From Candidatus Yanofskybacteria bacterium RIFCSPHIGHO2_12_FULL_45_19b (lineage in GTDB: Bacteria; Patescibacteriota; Minisyncoccia; 2-02-FULL-40-12; IGHO2-12-FULL-4), in contig MGKD01000013.1 in the NCBI GenBank assembly GCA_001794605.1, positions 13,463-77,462 on the forward strand: a stretch of 64,000 nt of DNA. The letters run 5' to 3'. The notes under the pieces are model-generated. The model saw nothing but the letters and a program-made list of their open reading frames with translations, was not told the DNA's origin and did no database searches. Shown piece after piece: positions 35,753 to 46,561 of this stretch (within the stretch, counting starts at the first letter, position 1; every line of letters starts with the position of its first letter). The position numbers and the translations under genes were made by a program.

Positions 35753-36958
35753 ATGAAAAAATACTTAAAATTACCGCCCGGAGTTAATCCTAATAAGAAT
35801 AATATTTTTCCAGTTAACCTACCCTATTATTTACTTACCCATAGCGCACACCTTGCTGATGATAAAGAGCAGAAGTGGGTGGTTTTTTGGGGAGTGCCAT
35901 TCCGACAACTACCGACTATCTATGCTGATGAAAAAGAGTTCATTCGGCAGGCCAACCTTTGTCTAGATTATGTACGACGAGGGTGCGTAGGTTGTAAACT
36001 ATTCTACAAAACTCATCCCAATGAAACCGACGAACAAACCTCACTTGATTTAACGGGGTTTCAAATTTTGTCACAGAAAGAAGTGGCGGAATTTTTTGTC
36101 TTGAAAAACTTTCACAAAATAAGACAGGTTTTTTCTACTTACTCTAGCGCGGCGATGACTGCTTATAAATTGGGTCTCGACGCTCACATTTTTCTGCCCT
36201 TGGTGGAACCGTCTTTGACCGAGCAGAATCGCAATGGCAACCGCGAATATTATAAGCATATGCCACCAGAATTCTTTATTGACAAGTTTAGTGCTTCTCC
36301 TAAAACCAATAAACTCAATATTCCTCAACAGCCCGATGCGGTTTTAAGGGAAAATCTTTTGGTGTTGCTAAAAGACCGCCCGGCTCAGACTATTTGGTTT
36401 ATTTTGGGAGATCCGGGTTCACTGACCTCGGTTATTTTACTGGCACGATTTATAAAAGAACTTGCTCCGCAGGCTGCTATCGGTTTAATCATTGAACGAC
36501 ATCATCGTTGGCAGGTAATGAATTTGGCAGAGGTAAAAACTTTTTTTGATCATATGCTGGTTTATCCGCGCTGGCTACCATCGTTGCGCCCAAATAAAAT
36601 TTGGGCGCAACTTAAAACTGCCTGGGCCTTACGTCGAGCACCGATTGCTCCGAACGATATAATCTTTGGTTTTAACTATACGGCCTTTGTGGAAAACTGT
36701 CTGCTCACCTACTTCCCCAGCAACCTAAAAGTGGCTTTTGTAAAAAAAGAAACCCTGGAGTTTTGTTATGGCTCAAAAGAAAAAGCCTTTTTTCAAAACT
36801 ACTTTTCACGCATTGGCCATCGTTTTTATGCCAGAGTAATCCAGCCTATTTTGGGACTGTACCCCACGGTTTTTTTAGAGGATCCGGTGCGAGTGGCTAA
36901 CTTTGACCGCTATCTTATGCCAATTAACGACCTGTATGATCAGGTGTATGTATATTAG
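35753..36958 (+). CDS. Putative nonulosonate (sialyl)transferase, permuted GT-B; paralogue of 51714
   Basis: YKTHP and FSTYSS motifs in the N-half; Rossmann-like C-half; locus context. Confidence 0.55.
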   Translation: MKKYLKLPPGVNPNKNNIFPVNLPYYLLTHSAHLADDKEQKWVVFWGVPFRQLPTIYADEKEFIRQANLCLDYVRRGCVGCKLFYKTHPNETDEQTSLDLTGFQILSQKEVAEFFVLKNFHKIRQVFSTYSSAAMTAYKLGLDAHIFLPLVEPSLTEQNRNGNREYYKHMPPEFFIDKFSASPKTNKLNIPQQPDAVLRENLLVLLKDRPAQTIWFILGDPGSLTSVILLARFIKELAPQAAIGLIIERHHRWQVMNLAEVKTFFDHMLVYPRWLPSLRPNKIWAQLKTAWALRRAPIAPNDIIFGFNYTAFVENCLLTYFPSNLKVAFVKKETLEFCYGSKEKAFFQNYFSRIGHRFYARVIQPILGLYPTVFLEDPVRVANFDRYLMPINDLYDQVYVY

Positions 36959-36961
36959 CCC

Positions 36962-37720
36962 ATGGATAATATACGCATCATTCCCCGCTTAGATATCAAG
37001 GGCCCCAATGTGGTTAAGGGGATTTTTAACGAGGGTTTGCGCATAGTTGGATCACCACAGGAACTGGCTACGCGTTATTACAAAGCCGGTGCTGACGAGA
37101 TAATCTATATGGATATAGTAGCCAGTCTATACCAAAGAAATTTAGATTTTGAACTTTTGAAATCAGTGGCTAACCATATTTTTATTCCACTTACGGTAGG
37201 GGGCGGTATTCGTTCAATCGGAGATATTAATAACGCACTTCGGGCGGGGGCCGATAAGGTGGCAATTAATACTTATGCCGTAAAAAATCCAAATTTTATT
37301 AAAGAAGCGGCACAGAAGTTTGGTAGTCAGTGTATAGTGCTTTCGGTGGAGGCTAAACAGAAGTCGGTTGACCTATGGGAAGCCTATATAGATGGAGGTA
37401 GAGAGAAAACTGGTATCGACGCAGTAGCTTGGATAAAGCGAGCTATTAAACTGGGCGTGGGTGAGGTGATGGTAAGCTCAATTGACAAAGACGGGTTGCG
37501 TGGTGGCTTTGCGACTGAGCTTTGTCAGGCTGTAACTGCTTTTGCATCGGTACCAGTAATTGTACACGGCGGGGCTGGTAAATTAGAGTCCGTAGCGGAG
37601 GTTCTAAAGCTTGCCAATCCTGATGCAGTGGCGATTGCATCAGCCTTTCACTACCAAGATTACTCAATAAAAAAGTTGAAAAACTTTTTACGGAGTAAAG
37701 AGTTTCCTATTCGACAATAA
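36962..37720 (+). CDS. HisF-like cyclase paralogue (WbuZ-like) for sugar amidination
   Basis: RIIPRLDIKG..VVKG, PLTVGGGI, GADKV; adjacent to HisH-like and WbuX-like genes. Confidence 0.85.
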   Translation: MDNIRIIPRLDIKGPNVVKGIFNEGLRIVGSPQELATRYYKAGADEIIYMDIVASLYQRNLDFELLKSVANHIFIPLTVGGGIRSIGDINNALRAGADKVAINTYAVKNPNFIKEAAQKFGSQCIVLSVEAKQKSVDLWEAYIDGGREKTGIDAVAWIKRAIKLGVGEVMVSSIDKDGLRGGFATELCQAVTAFASVPVIVHGGAGKLESVAEVLKLANPDAVAIASAFHYQDYSIKKLKNFLRSKEFPIRQ

Positions 37721-37721
37721 G

Positions 37722-38357
37722 ATGAAAAAGAAAACAAAACTAGCGATATTGGATTATGGCGTGGGCAATCTCTATAGTATTACCCGAGCGGTGGCTAATT
37801 TTTGTGATGATTTTATTATTACCGATGATCCGGAAGTAGTAGCCAGGGTTGACCGGTTAATTCTACCCGGTGTAGGGTCATTTGCCGCTGGCATGGCCGG
37901 TATACGCGTACGCAGTTTAGTAGATTCGATTAAACAGTTTGTGCAAACCGGTCGTCCGATTCTGGGTATTTGTTTGGGTGCTCAGTTGCTAATGACTAGG
38001 GGTTTCGAATTTGGTAATTTTACTGGTTTGGATATTATTCCAGGCGAGGTGGTAAAGTTGTCTGGTGTAGGTAAGGGAGTTAAAATCCCGCATATTGGTT
38101 GGGGGCAGATTAAGCCGAGCAGTTCCGGTAAAAAGGGAGTGTTGGCCGGAGTGTCCTCTGGCGCCTATGTATATTTTGTTCATTCTTTTATTATGCAGCC
38201 AAAGCGCCAAGAAGATGCTTTGACCACCACCATCTATGGTGAAAGCAGGTTCTGTTCCGCTATCCGGCACGAGAATGTCTGTGGACTACAGTTCCATCCT
38301 GAAAAAAGCGGTGCGGTAGGCATGCAGATAATTAATAATTTTATTAAACAAACCTAG
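37722..38357 (+). CDS. HisH-like glutamine amidotransferase (WbuY-like)
   Basis: DYGVGN, PGVG, GICLG, QFHPEKS. Confidence 0.87.
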   Translation: MKKKTKLAILDYGVGNLYSITRAVANFCDDFIITDDPEVVARVDRLILPGVGSFAAGMAGIRVRSLVDSIKQFVQTGRPILGICLGAQLLMTRGFEFGNFTGLDIIPGEVVKLSGVGKGVKIPHIGWGQIKPSSSGKKGVLAGVSSGAYVYFVHSFIMQPKRQEDALTTTIYGESRFCSAIRHENVCGLQFHPEKSGAVGMQIINNFIKQT

Positions 38358-39575
38358 ATGACTAAAATTACTGCCAAATACGGCTTGCCGGCTAAGGTTA
38401 GTTTTTGTCGAAAGTGCGTAATGTCCAATCAAAAACCCAGTTCTACGGTGGAGTTTAAATATGCCTCAGGCGATAAGAAAAAAACCATAGCTTTTGACGC
38501 GGCCGGCGTATGTGATGCCTGCCACTTCGCCGAATATAAAGAAACGCAGATCGATTGGAAAAAGCGAGAAAAGCAATTGCGGGAGCTCTGCGATCGTTAC
38601 CGACGTACAGACGGCAGTTATGATTGTATTGTCCCGGGTAGTGGAGGTAAAGACAGTGCTTTTGCCTCCCATGTCTTAAAGTATAAGTATGACATGCATC
38701 CATTGACTGTTACCTGGGCACCACACCTTTATACCGACATTGGTTGGCGGAATTTTACCGCCTGGATTCATCAAGGAGGGTTTGATAATGTTTTGTTTAC
38801 TCCCAATGGGCGGGTGCACCGTCTGCTAACCAGGTTGGCTTTTAAGAACCTACTTCATCCTTTTCAGCCATTTATCTTTGGCCAGAAAAATATTGGTGCC
38901 AAATTTGCTTTAAAATTTAATGTTCCTCTGGTATTTTATGGTGAAAATCAAGCAGAATATGGCAATGGTAAATCGCCAAAAGAAAATGATATTGCCCAGG
39001 TAAGGCCAGAGTTTTTTTCCAGCGACGAAAGTATCGACACTATCATACTAGGGGGTGTCCCCGTTAAGAAATTGTTGGCCAAGGAGGGCTTGTCACGCAA
39101 CGATCTTGACCCTTATCTACCAGTATCTGCACGCGCCCTCAAAAAACAAAAAGTTCAAGTACACTACCTTGCGCATTATCTTAAGTGGGATCCGCAGGAA
39201 AACTTTTACTATGCCACTAAGCATACAGGCTTTCAGGCCAACACTGAACGTACCGAGGGTAGTTACTCAAAGTATAGCAGTATTGATGATAAGACTGACC
39301 CCTTCCACTACTATACAACACTAATTAAGTTTGGTATTGGGCGTGCTACCTATGATGCTGCGCAAGAGATTCGCAGTCGAAAAATCACTCGGGCAGAAGG
39401 AGTAGCCTTGGTTCGACGTTACGACCAGGAATTTCCAGAACGAAGCTTTAAGGATTTCTTGGAATATATTGATATTAGCAAAGAGGAATTTTGGCGGATA
39501 ATTGATCGAGCCCGCTCGCCTCACATTTGGAAAAAGGAAAAAGGACGGTGGGTATTAAGACATCCAATAGAATAA
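38358..39575 (+). CDS. N-acetyl sugar amidotransferase (WbuX/PseA-like)
   Basis: CRKC..CDAC, PP-loop SGGKDS, YGEN, KFGIGRAT. Confidence 0.9.
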   Translation: MTKITAKYGLPAKVSFCRKCVMSNQKPSSTVEFKYASGDKKKTIAFDAAGVCDACHFAEYKETQIDWKKREKQLRELCDRYRRTDGSYDCIVPGSGGKDSAFASHVLKYKYDMHPLTVTWAPHLYTDIGWRNFTAWIHQGGFDNVLFTPNGRVHRLLTRLAFKNLLHPFQPFIFGQKNIGAKFALKFNVPLVFYGENQAEYGNGKSPKENDIAQVRPEFFSSDESIDTIILGGVPVKKLLAKEGLSRNDLDPYLPVSARALKKQKVQVHYLAHYLKWDPQENFYYATKHTGFQANTERTEGSYSKYSSIDDKTDPFHYYTTLIKFGIGRATYDAAQEIRSRKITRAEGVALVRRYDQEFPERSFKDFLEYIDISKEEFWRIIDRARSPHIWKKEKGRWVLRHPIE

Positions 39576-39578
39576 AAT

Positions 39579-40559
39579 ATGCGCGATATATTTAAAGATT
39601 ATAAAGTTTTTTCAATTAATCCGAGTAAATTACGTAGTCCGGGATTTTTTAGAAATATGTTGGAATACCGCACAGCAGTGATGCGGCGCTACCGTTCCGC
39701 ACTTAAATCTCGGACAGAGTTTTCTTGTCCGTTATGCGGGGCAACTAAGGGAAGGGAGTTTTTAAAATATAAAAATTACCTTTTGTTGGAGTGTTCTCGT
39801 TGTGGGCTAGTCTCCCCTAATATTGATTTTTCTAAGGTGGACGGGCGTGAGCTATATGACGACCCGGCTTGTATTAAAGACACTACACGCGAGGTATTGG
39901 ACAATTATCAATACCGTAAGCAAACCTATGCTCCGGAGAGATTACAATATATTTTAGAAAAAACTGGTTTACGGTCACGCGCACTGCGTCTGTTAGATGT
40001 TGGTTGTGGCCCGGGTTATTTTTTGAGTCATCTGCACGATAAAAAGATACGCTATAAGGGGTTAGAGCTGGCCAAGTTTTTGGTAGAAATTTGTCAAAAG
40101 CAGGGGCTTAATGTTGCGATGAACGACGTTGCCCTTGAGCCAGATAAAGCCTATAACGTAATTACGCTTTTTGACGTATTGGAGCACGTGGCGGACCCAG
40201 TCTCTTTTCTTAAGATCCTAAAGAGTAAGTTGGTCAAGGGTGGGTATATAATAGCCTACATACCAAATATTCACTCCTTGGCCTATCAACTGATGGGTCA
40301 ATGGCAAAATACCCTGGTACCGTTTCAGCATTTTTGTTTTTATGATCCGGCCTCGCTAAAGTTGCTTGCTCGCAAAAGTGGTCTTACTGTCAATTCGCTA
40401 GACTATTATGGGTTGGATCTGCTTGATTACTTTTATATGAAACAGGATCAGGACGGAGTTAACTATCATCAGAAATTGAGCGAAGCTATTCCATTGTTGC
40501 AGGCAGTTATTGATAAGCAGAAACTGAGTAACCATATGCGGGTGGTTTTTAAGAAATAA
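39579..40559 (+). CDS. Class I methyltransferase with Zn-ribbon
   Basis: CPLC..CSRC, LLDVGCGPG, DVLEH, PN. Confidence 0.85.
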   Translation: MRDIFKDYKVFSINPSKLRSPGFFRNMLEYRTAVMRRYRSALKSRTEFSCPLCGATKGREFLKYKNYLLLECSRCGLVSPNIDFSKVDGRELYDDPACIKDTTREVLDNYQYRKQTYAPERLQYILEKTGLRSRALRLLDVGCGPGYFLSHLHDKKIRYKGLELAKFLVEICQKQGLNVAMNDVALEPDKAYNVITLFDVLEHVADPVSFLKILKSKLVKGGYIIAYIPNIHSLAYQLMGQWQNTLVPFQHFCFYDPASLKLLARKSGLTVNSLDYYGLDLLDYFYMKQDQDGVNYHQKLSEAIPLLQAVIDKQKLSNHMRVVFKK

Positions 40560-40572
40560 TTTATTGACTAAG

Positions 40573-41577
40573 ATGAAAACCGTTTTAACCAGAACCACTA
40601 AAGAAGTTAGGCCGGCTAATCCGGTCAATACTAAACTGGGCCAATGTTATTTTTGCTCCAGTGAAAATCTGGTTATTTTGCGCAATCGTCTGCGTCACGG
40701 CATTCATAAAAACATCCTTAAATGTGAGGCATGCGGATTGATTTATGCTCAGTCAAAAGAAAATCCAGTTCCATTCTATCGCAAAAAGTATCGACAGAAA
40801 CATGGTCCAATTTTAGGCAAGACACTATCTAGCCAAGAATTGTTTGAGTTTAACTCACCATTACAGGCGCCACGCATTAAACAGCTTAGCAAACTATTAA
40901 AGCCAAGCGCTAGAGTACTAGACATTGGCTCCTCTACCGGACATTTCCTCTACGCTATTAAAGATAAAGTAAAAGAGGTGGTGGGGGTTGAACTAAATTT
41001 AGCTAACGCTGAATTTACTCGTCGTGAGTTGGGAATTAAGGTCTATGATGAACCAATTGAGAAACTTGCTTTATCAGATGAGTATTTTGACCTAATCACG
41101 GTCTATCATACTTTTGAACATGTGGTTGACCCGCTTTTATTTTTAAAAATAGTTCGCAGATACCTTAAGCCTAATGGTCACTTATTTATTGAGGTACCTA
41201 ACACTGATGATGCTCTGATGTCTATTTACCAACTTAAGAAGTTTGCCGACTTTTGGTTTATAGAACCACACTTGTTCTACTATAACCCGGAAACTCTTAA
41301 GAAGGTCCTAGCTCGTGGTGGATTTGAGGGAAGGATATCTACCACTCAAGCGTTTAGTCTTTATAATCATTTAAACTGGCTTTATACGGGGCAACCTCAG
41401 GCGGATTGGCTCACTGCCACCACTATTCCCAGATTACCATCCGGAGGGTCGCATGCTGAACTAAAAGGGGAGATTAATAAATTGCTAGAAAAGACCGATA
41501 AGCAGTATCGTAATCTGTTAAACAAAAATCAAGTGGGGAGTATGTTAACCTTTTTGGGTACAAAAAGTAAAAGTTAA
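40573..41577 (+). CDS. Class I methyltransferase with Zn-ribbon
   Basis: CYFC..CEAC, VLDIGSSTG, HTFEH, EVPN. Confidence 0.85.
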   Translation: MKTVLTRTTKEVRPANPVNTKLGQCYFCSSENLVILRNRLRHGIHKNILKCEACGLIYAQSKENPVPFYRKKYRQKHGPILGKTLSSQELFEFNSPLQAPRIKQLSKLLKPSARVLDIGSSTGHFLYAIKDKVKEVVGVELNLANAEFTRRELGIKVYDEPIEKLALSDEYFDLITVYHTFEHVVDPLLFLKIVRRYLKPNGHLFIEVPNTDDALMSIYQLKKFADFWFIEPHLFYYNPETLKKVLARGGFEGRISTTQAFSLYNHLNWLYTGQPQADWLTATTIPRLPSGGSHAELKGEINKLLEKTDKQYRNLLNKNQVGSMLTFLGTKSKS

Positions 41578-41586
41578 ACAATATTT

Positions 41587-42630
41587 ATGAAAAAGAATCC
41601 TAGTATTAAGATTGGACAGAGAAGAGTTGGTTTAGACTTTCCGCCACTAGTAATAGCGGAGGTTGGTATAAACCATGAAGGTGATTTGCGCAAGGCAAAA
41701 CAAATGGTGGATGACGCTCAGGCGAGTGGGGCAGAGTGTGTTAAGTTTCAATCTCATATTATTGAAGATGAGATGGTGCCAGCGGCACAGGGAACAGTTC
41801 CTGGTAATGCACAAAAATCCATTTGGGATATTGTAAAACGTTGTGAACTAAGTGCAGAAGAGGAGTTAGAACTCAAAAAATATGTAGAGGCTAAGGGCTT
41901 AATTTACTTATGCACTCCTTTTTCGCGGGCTGCGGCAGATCGTTTAAAAAAAATGAAAGTGTCAGCTTATAAAATTGGTTCTGGTGAGTGTAATAACTAT
42001 CCACTGATTGAACATATCGCCGCTTTTGGCAAGCCGATGATTGTTAGTACTGGGATGAATGATATTCCGGCGATTAAAAAAACAGTACAAATCCTACGCG
42101 CCAAGCGAGTGCCTTATGCCTTACTGCACTGCACTTCAATTTACCCTACTCCTTACGAAAAGATTCGTTTGGGAGCGCTAGCTGATTTACAGAGAACTTT
42201 TCCGGATGCTGTGGTGGGTTTAAGTGATCACTCTCTTGGTAACTATACCTGCTTTGCCGCCACAGCATTGGGAGCTTCAATTTTGGAAAAACATTTTACT
42301 TCGAAAAAAAGTTGGCCGGGGCCGGACATTCTAATCTCCATTGATCCACCAGAGTTGGCTGATTTAATGGTTGGAACACGAGCAATTTTTTCTGCTCGTG
42401 GTGGTAAAAAGGTTATTCTACCAGAAGAAAAACCCACCATCAATTTTGCTTATGCCTGCGTGGTGGCAACCAAAGATATTGCGGCAGGTGAAAAAATAAC
42501 TATGGAAAATGTTTGGGTTAAACGTCCCGGTACGGGAGAGATTAAAGCCAAGGATCTTTCCAAAGTTTTAGCGAGAGTGGCTAAGGTGGATATTAAAAAA
42601 GATCAACAGTTATCATGGAAGATTATCTAA
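41587..42630 (+). CDS. neuB: N-acetylneuraminate/nonulosonate synthase
   Basis: IAEVGINHEG, VKFQ, KIGSGE, STGM, HCTSIYP, GLSDH, EKHF, C-terminal SAF (KRPGTG). Confidence 0.95.
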   Translation: MKKNPSIKIGQRRVGLDFPPLVIAEVGINHEGDLRKAKQMVDDAQASGAECVKFQSHIIEDEMVPAAQGTVPGNAQKSIWDIVKRCELSAEEELELKKYVEAKGLIYLCTPFSRAAADRLKKMKVSAYKIGSGECNNYPLIEHIAAFGKPMIVSTGMNDIPAIKKTVQILRAKRVPYALLHCTSIYPTPYEKIRLGALADLQRTFPDAVVGLSDHSLGNYTCFAATALGASILEKHFTSKKSWPGPDILISIDPPELADLMVGTRAIFSARGGKKVILPEEKPTINFAYACVVATKDIAAGEKITMENVWVKRPGTGEIKAKDLSKVLARVAKVDIKKDQQLSWKII

Positions 42631-43781
42631 AAAAGGGTAGAAAGCGGGTGGTATTTTTAACTGGTACACGGGCTGACTTCGGTAAGCTTAAATCGCTTAT
42701 CTTAGCGTTGCGTAAAGCCCTGGGATTTGATGTGCAGATTTTTGCTACCGGCATGCACATGTTGGCAGATTACGGCTATACCGTAAACGAGATTGAAAAG
42801 TGCGGGATCCGTAATATTTATAAGTATATTAGCTATTCCGGCCAAGCTTCTCAAGAAGTTATTTTGGCAAGTACCATGGTTGGTTTTGGTAATTATATTA
42901 AAGAATTTAAACCCGATTTAATCATAGTACATGGAGACCGATTGGAGGCTTTAGCGGGTGCTTTGGCTGGTAGTTTTAATAATGTTCTGGTCGCGCATAT
43001 TGAAGGTGGTGAGCTTTCTGGCACGCTAGATGGGCATATTCGTCACGCTATCACTAAGTTATCTAATATTCATTTTGTAGCTAATGGTGAAGCTAAAACC
43101 AGAGTAAAACAATTGGGCGAGGATCCCAAAAGTATTTTCGAAATCGGTTCGCCAGATGTCGATGTGATGTTATCAAAAAAATTACCCACCTTAACTCAGG
43201 CCAAGAAGCGCTATGCTATAAATTATGATCACTATGCTATTTTGCTCTATCATCCAGTTACTACCGAACTAGGTTCTTTGGAACGAGACGTGGAAGAATT
43301 AATTAGGGCCATGGTAAAGTCGGAAATGAATTATATAGTAATCCACCCCAACAATGACCCAGGGTCGGATATTATTCGTACCCATTATTATGGTCAATTA
43401 GCTGCCAATTCTCATTTTCGCCTTTTTCCTTCTCTGCGCTTCGAATACTTTCTTACTATATTGCGACACGCTCATTTTATTATTGGTAATTCTAGTTCTG
43501 CAGTAAGGGAGGCTCCTTATTTTGGTGTCCCTGCACTCAATGTTGGTACGCGTCAAGCAGATAGGATATTTGGGGTAGAAAGTGTCTCCAATCATAATCA
43601 TCAAGAAGCCGGAATTTTGGCAGCGATTAAAAGATTTTCTACAAAGAAAAAGCGCTTTCAAGTCAGAAAGGCTTTTGGGCGAGGCAATAGTGATAAGAAT
43701 TTTGTAAAAGTTTTAGAACAGAAGAACATTTGGCAAAATGGTATACAGAAAAAGTTTAATGATATCAATAAAATTATTTAA
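42615..43781 (+). CDS. neuC: Hydrolysing UDP-GlcNAc 2-epimerase
   Basis: TGTRADFG, TGMH, HGDRLE, HIEGGE, HPVT, GNSS, GTRQ. Confidence 0.93.
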   Translation: MEDYLKKGRKRVVFLTGTRADFGKLKSLILALRKALGFDVQIFATGMHMLADYGYTVNEIEKCGIRNIYKYISYSGQASQEVILASTMVGFGNYIKEFKPDLIIVHGDRLEALAGALAGSFNNVLVAHIEGGELSGTLDGHIRHAITKLSNIHFVANGEAKTRVKQLGEDPKSIFEIGSPDVDVMLSKKLPTLTQAKKRYAINYDHYAILLYHPVTTELGSLERDVEELIRAMVKSEMNYIVIHPNNDPGSDIIRTHYYGQLAANSHFRLFPSLRFEYFLTILRHAHFIIGNSSSAVREAPYFGVPALNVGTRQADRIFGVESVSNHNHQEAGILAAIKRFSTKKKRFQVRKAFGRGNSDKNFVKVLEQKNIWQNGIQKKFNDINKII

Positions 43782-43785
43782 GAGA

Positions 43786-44505
43786 ATGTATAAATCTAAA
43801 AAAACACTAGCGGTTATTCTTGCGCGTGGTGGCTCCAAAGGTTTACCTGGGAAGAACATCATTCCGCTTAAGGGTCGTCCACTGATTGCCTGGACGATTA
43901 CGGCTGCGCTGGAAGCAAAGTTAATTGATAGGGTGGTGGTTTCTTCGGACAGTGTTGATATTCTTGCTGTGGCCAAGCGGTATGGGGCAGACACTATTAA
44001 AAGACCAAAAAAGTTAGCTACCGATCAAATTCGACCAGAACTGGCGATACAACATGTTTTGGCGACACTAAGAAAGAATGAAAGTTATATCCCCGAACTA
44101 TTAATTTTACTGCAACCGACTTCTCCTTTGCGTACAGCCGAGGACATTGATAATGCCGTTGAGCTGTTGTTAAAAAATGATCCGCGGGTGGATGCGGTAG
44201 TGAGTGTTTCGGAGATAGATCGGCGACTGTTGAAGTCTCTAGTGGCAGATGAAAATGGCTATCTAACGCACTTTACTGTGCGTGGCTTTCTACTAATGCG
44301 TCGACAAGACTTGCCACCGGTATTTTTTACCAACGGGGCTATCTATCTAGTAAAAACATTATGGTTTTTAAAAAGTAACTCCTTGTTTCCCAAACGTACT
44401 GTGCCTTATGTTATGAGCGAGGACAATAGCCAGGATGTCGACACTCCGGAAGATTTAAAAAAAATAGAAAAATTAATGGCATTAAAAAAGTATGGGTACA
44501 AATAA
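43786..44505 (+). CDS. neuA: CMP-nonulosonate synthetase 1
   Basis: ARGGSKGLPGKN, LQPTSPLR, RRQDLP, NGAIY, DVD. Confidence 0.92.
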   Translation: MYKSKKTLAVILARGGSKGLPGKNIIPLKGRPLIAWTITAALEAKLIDRVVVSSDSVDILAVAKRYGADTIKRPKKLATDQIRPELAIQHVLATLRKNESYIPELLILLQPTSPLRTAEDIDNAVELLLKNDPRVDAVVSVSEIDRRLLKSLVADENGYLTHFTVRGFLLMRRQDLPPVFFTNGAIYLVKTLWFLKSNSLFPKRTVPYVMSEDNSQDVDTPEDLKKIEKLMALKKYGYK

Positions 44506-45226
44506 AAGAAAAATTTTAGCCTTTATCCCAGCGCGCAGTGGCTCCAAGGGCTTGCCCGGGAAGAATATTATTAAAGTAGCTGGTCTGCCACTGATTGCTT
44601 ACTCCATTAATTCTGGAAGGAGCGCTAAATTGGTAGATAAGATTCTGGTTTCGACGGATAGTCCGCAGATAGGCAGGGTGGCGAAGCGTTATGGCGCGAT
44701 CGTCCCCTTTTTGCGTCCGGCCAAACTAGCTACTGATACAGCGCCAACCATTGATGCAGTGATGCATGCGTTGCGCTGGCTGGAAGATAGCGGTGAACAG
44801 TATGATGCGGTAGCACTGTTAGAGCCAACCTCACCTTTGCGCAAAGCGGGTGATATTGATAGGGCTATCAAGATTCTACTTGATAACTGGGAGAAAACCG
44901 ATGCGGTAGTTAGTTTGGGGGAGATTGCGCTAGAGAGTCCCTATATTGCCAAGAAAGTCCAAAATGGCTATGTCCGGCCGTTAATTAAAGTCCCTGGTCT
45001 GACTACCCGTCGGCAAGATTTGCCCAAGGCCTATTTTCCTTATGGAGTAATTTACTTATGTAAAACCACCACCCTTGAAAAGGAAAAAACCTTCTATCCA
45101 AAAAGAATCATGCCTTATTATATTGAACGTTGGCAGAATTACGAGGTCGATGATATCTGGAACCTAGTTACGATTGAGGCGGTTATTAAGTGTTTAAAAA
45201 CAGCAAAAGTAAATAATAAAAAATAA
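44492..45226 (+). CDS. neuA: CMP-nonulosonate synthetase 2
   Basis: PARSGSKGLPGKN, LEPTSPLR, RRQDLP, EVDD. Confidence 0.9.
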   Translation: MGTNKRKILAFIPARSGSKGLPGKNIIKVAGLPLIAYSINSGRSAKLVDKILVSTDSPQIGRVAKRYGAIVPFLRPAKLATDTAPTIDAVMHALRWLEDSGEQYDAVALLEPTSPLRKAGDIDRAIKILLDNWEKTDAVVSLGEIALESPYIAKKVQNGYVRPLIKVPGLTTRRQDLPKAYFPYGVIYLCKTTTLEKEKTFYPKRIMPYYIERWQNYEVDDIWNLVTIEAVIKCLKTAKVNNKK

Positions 45227-45227
45227 A

Positions 45228-46544
45228 ATGAAGTTTACTCAATCAAACAAGTTACGCAAGCGGGCACATGCGCTTATCCCTGGTGGAGCGCATACCTATA
45301 GCAAAGGAGATGATCAATTTCCCAAACTGTCGCCCGGCTTTATTGTTAAGGGCAAAGGGGCTTATGTTTGGGATGCAGATGGAAATAAGTTTTTAGATTG
45401 GGCGATGGGGTTACGTTCTACCACGCTTGGTCATGGCTATGTCTCAGTAGTTCAGGCGGTAAAAAAACAACTACCTTTCGGAGCTAATTTTAGTCGCCCG
45501 TCTATCTTAGAGGTGGAGTTGGCTGATTTATTGACTAAGATTATCCCTTGTGCGGAAATGGTAAAGTTTGCAAAAAACGGTTCAACCATTACCACAGCGG
45601 CAGTAAAGTTGGCGCGTGCTCACACCAAGCGCGATATAGTGGCAGTTTGTTCTGATCATGCCTTTTTTAGTTATGACGATTGGTTTATTGGTACCACTCC
45701 AGCTGATGCTGGTGTTCCCCAGGCGATTAAAGATCTAAGCGTTACTTTCAAATTTAACGATTTAGAAAGCGTTCGTGCTTTATTTAAAAAATATCCCAAG
45801 CAAATTGCCTGTGTTATTTTGGAACCAGCTACCGAAGTGGAGCCACGAGATAACTTCTTGCATGGCGTACAGGCGCTCTGCCAAGAAAATGGGGCGGTGT
45901 TTATTTTAGATGAAATGATTTCGGGTTTTCGCTGGCATCTCAAGGGGGCACAACATACCTACAAGATTACTCCCGATCTGGCTACCTATGGCAAGGGGAT
46001 TGCTAATGGTTTCTCGGTCTGTGTCCTGGCCGGTAAACGTGAAATTATGGAGCGCGGAGGCATCCAGGGTGGCCATGAACGAGTATTTCTTATTTCTACC
46101 ACGCATGGAGCAGAGAACCATGCTTTAGCCGCAGCGATTGCCACCATAAAAGAAATACAAGGAAAAAAAGTTATTCCGCACCTGTACCATATTGGCGCTC
46201 TACTACAGACCCGTCTTAATGCTATTGCTAAAAAATATAAACTGGGCGAGATTGTCAATGTTTTTGGCGAGGTGTCATGTCGGCTGGCGACAACTTTTGC
46301 TGCCGTCGGTACTTATACTAATTTTCAAGTTAAGACCTATTTTCTGCAAGAGTTGATCAGTCAAGGAATTTTGTTCAACGGCTATTTCGCACCCAGTTAT
46401 TCTCATGGCAAGCGCGAAATAGAAAAAACCGTGCTGGCTTGGGACTATGCTTGCCGAAAACTGCAACAGGCTGTAACTAATAAAGATTTAGAGAAAAAGT
46501 TAATAGGCGATCCAGTTAAGCCGGTGTTTCGCAAGTATAATTAG
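45228..46544 (+). CDS. Class III PLP aminotransferase (GSA-aminomutase-like), probably sugar-modifying
   Basis: IPGGAHTYSKG, KNGS, LDEMISGFR, PDLATYGKGIANG. Confidence 0.85.
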   Translation: MKFTQSNKLRKRAHALIPGGAHTYSKGDDQFPKLSPGFIVKGKGAYVWDADGNKFLDWAMGLRSTTLGHGYVSVVQAVKKQLPFGANFSRPSILEVELADLLTKIIPCAEMVKFAKNGSTITTAAVKLARAHTKRDIVAVCSDHAFFSYDDWFIGTTPADAGVPQAIKDLSVTFKFNDLESVRALFKKYPKQIACVILEPATEVEPRDNFLHGVQALCQENGAVFILDEMISGFRWHLKGAQHTYKITPDLATYGKGIANGFSVCVLAGKREIMERGGIQGGHERVFLISTTHGAENHALAAAIATIKEIQGKKVIPHLYHIGALLQTRLNAIAKKYKLGEIVNVFGEVSCRLATTFAAVGTYTNFQVKTYFLQELISQGILFNGYFAPSYSHGKREIEKTVLAWDYACRKLQQAVTNKDLEKKLIGDPVKPVFRKYN

Positions 46545-46561
46545 AAGACTAAACAATAACT

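Noticed and set aside
36962-38357. Histidine biosynthesis hisF/hisH
   Set aside because: No other his genes; adjacency to an N-acetyl sugar amidotransferase matches the WbuXYZ-type trio
45228-46544. hemL (tetrapyrrole synthesis)
   Set aside because: Embedded in the neu cluster with no hem genes; better read as a sugar aminotransferase
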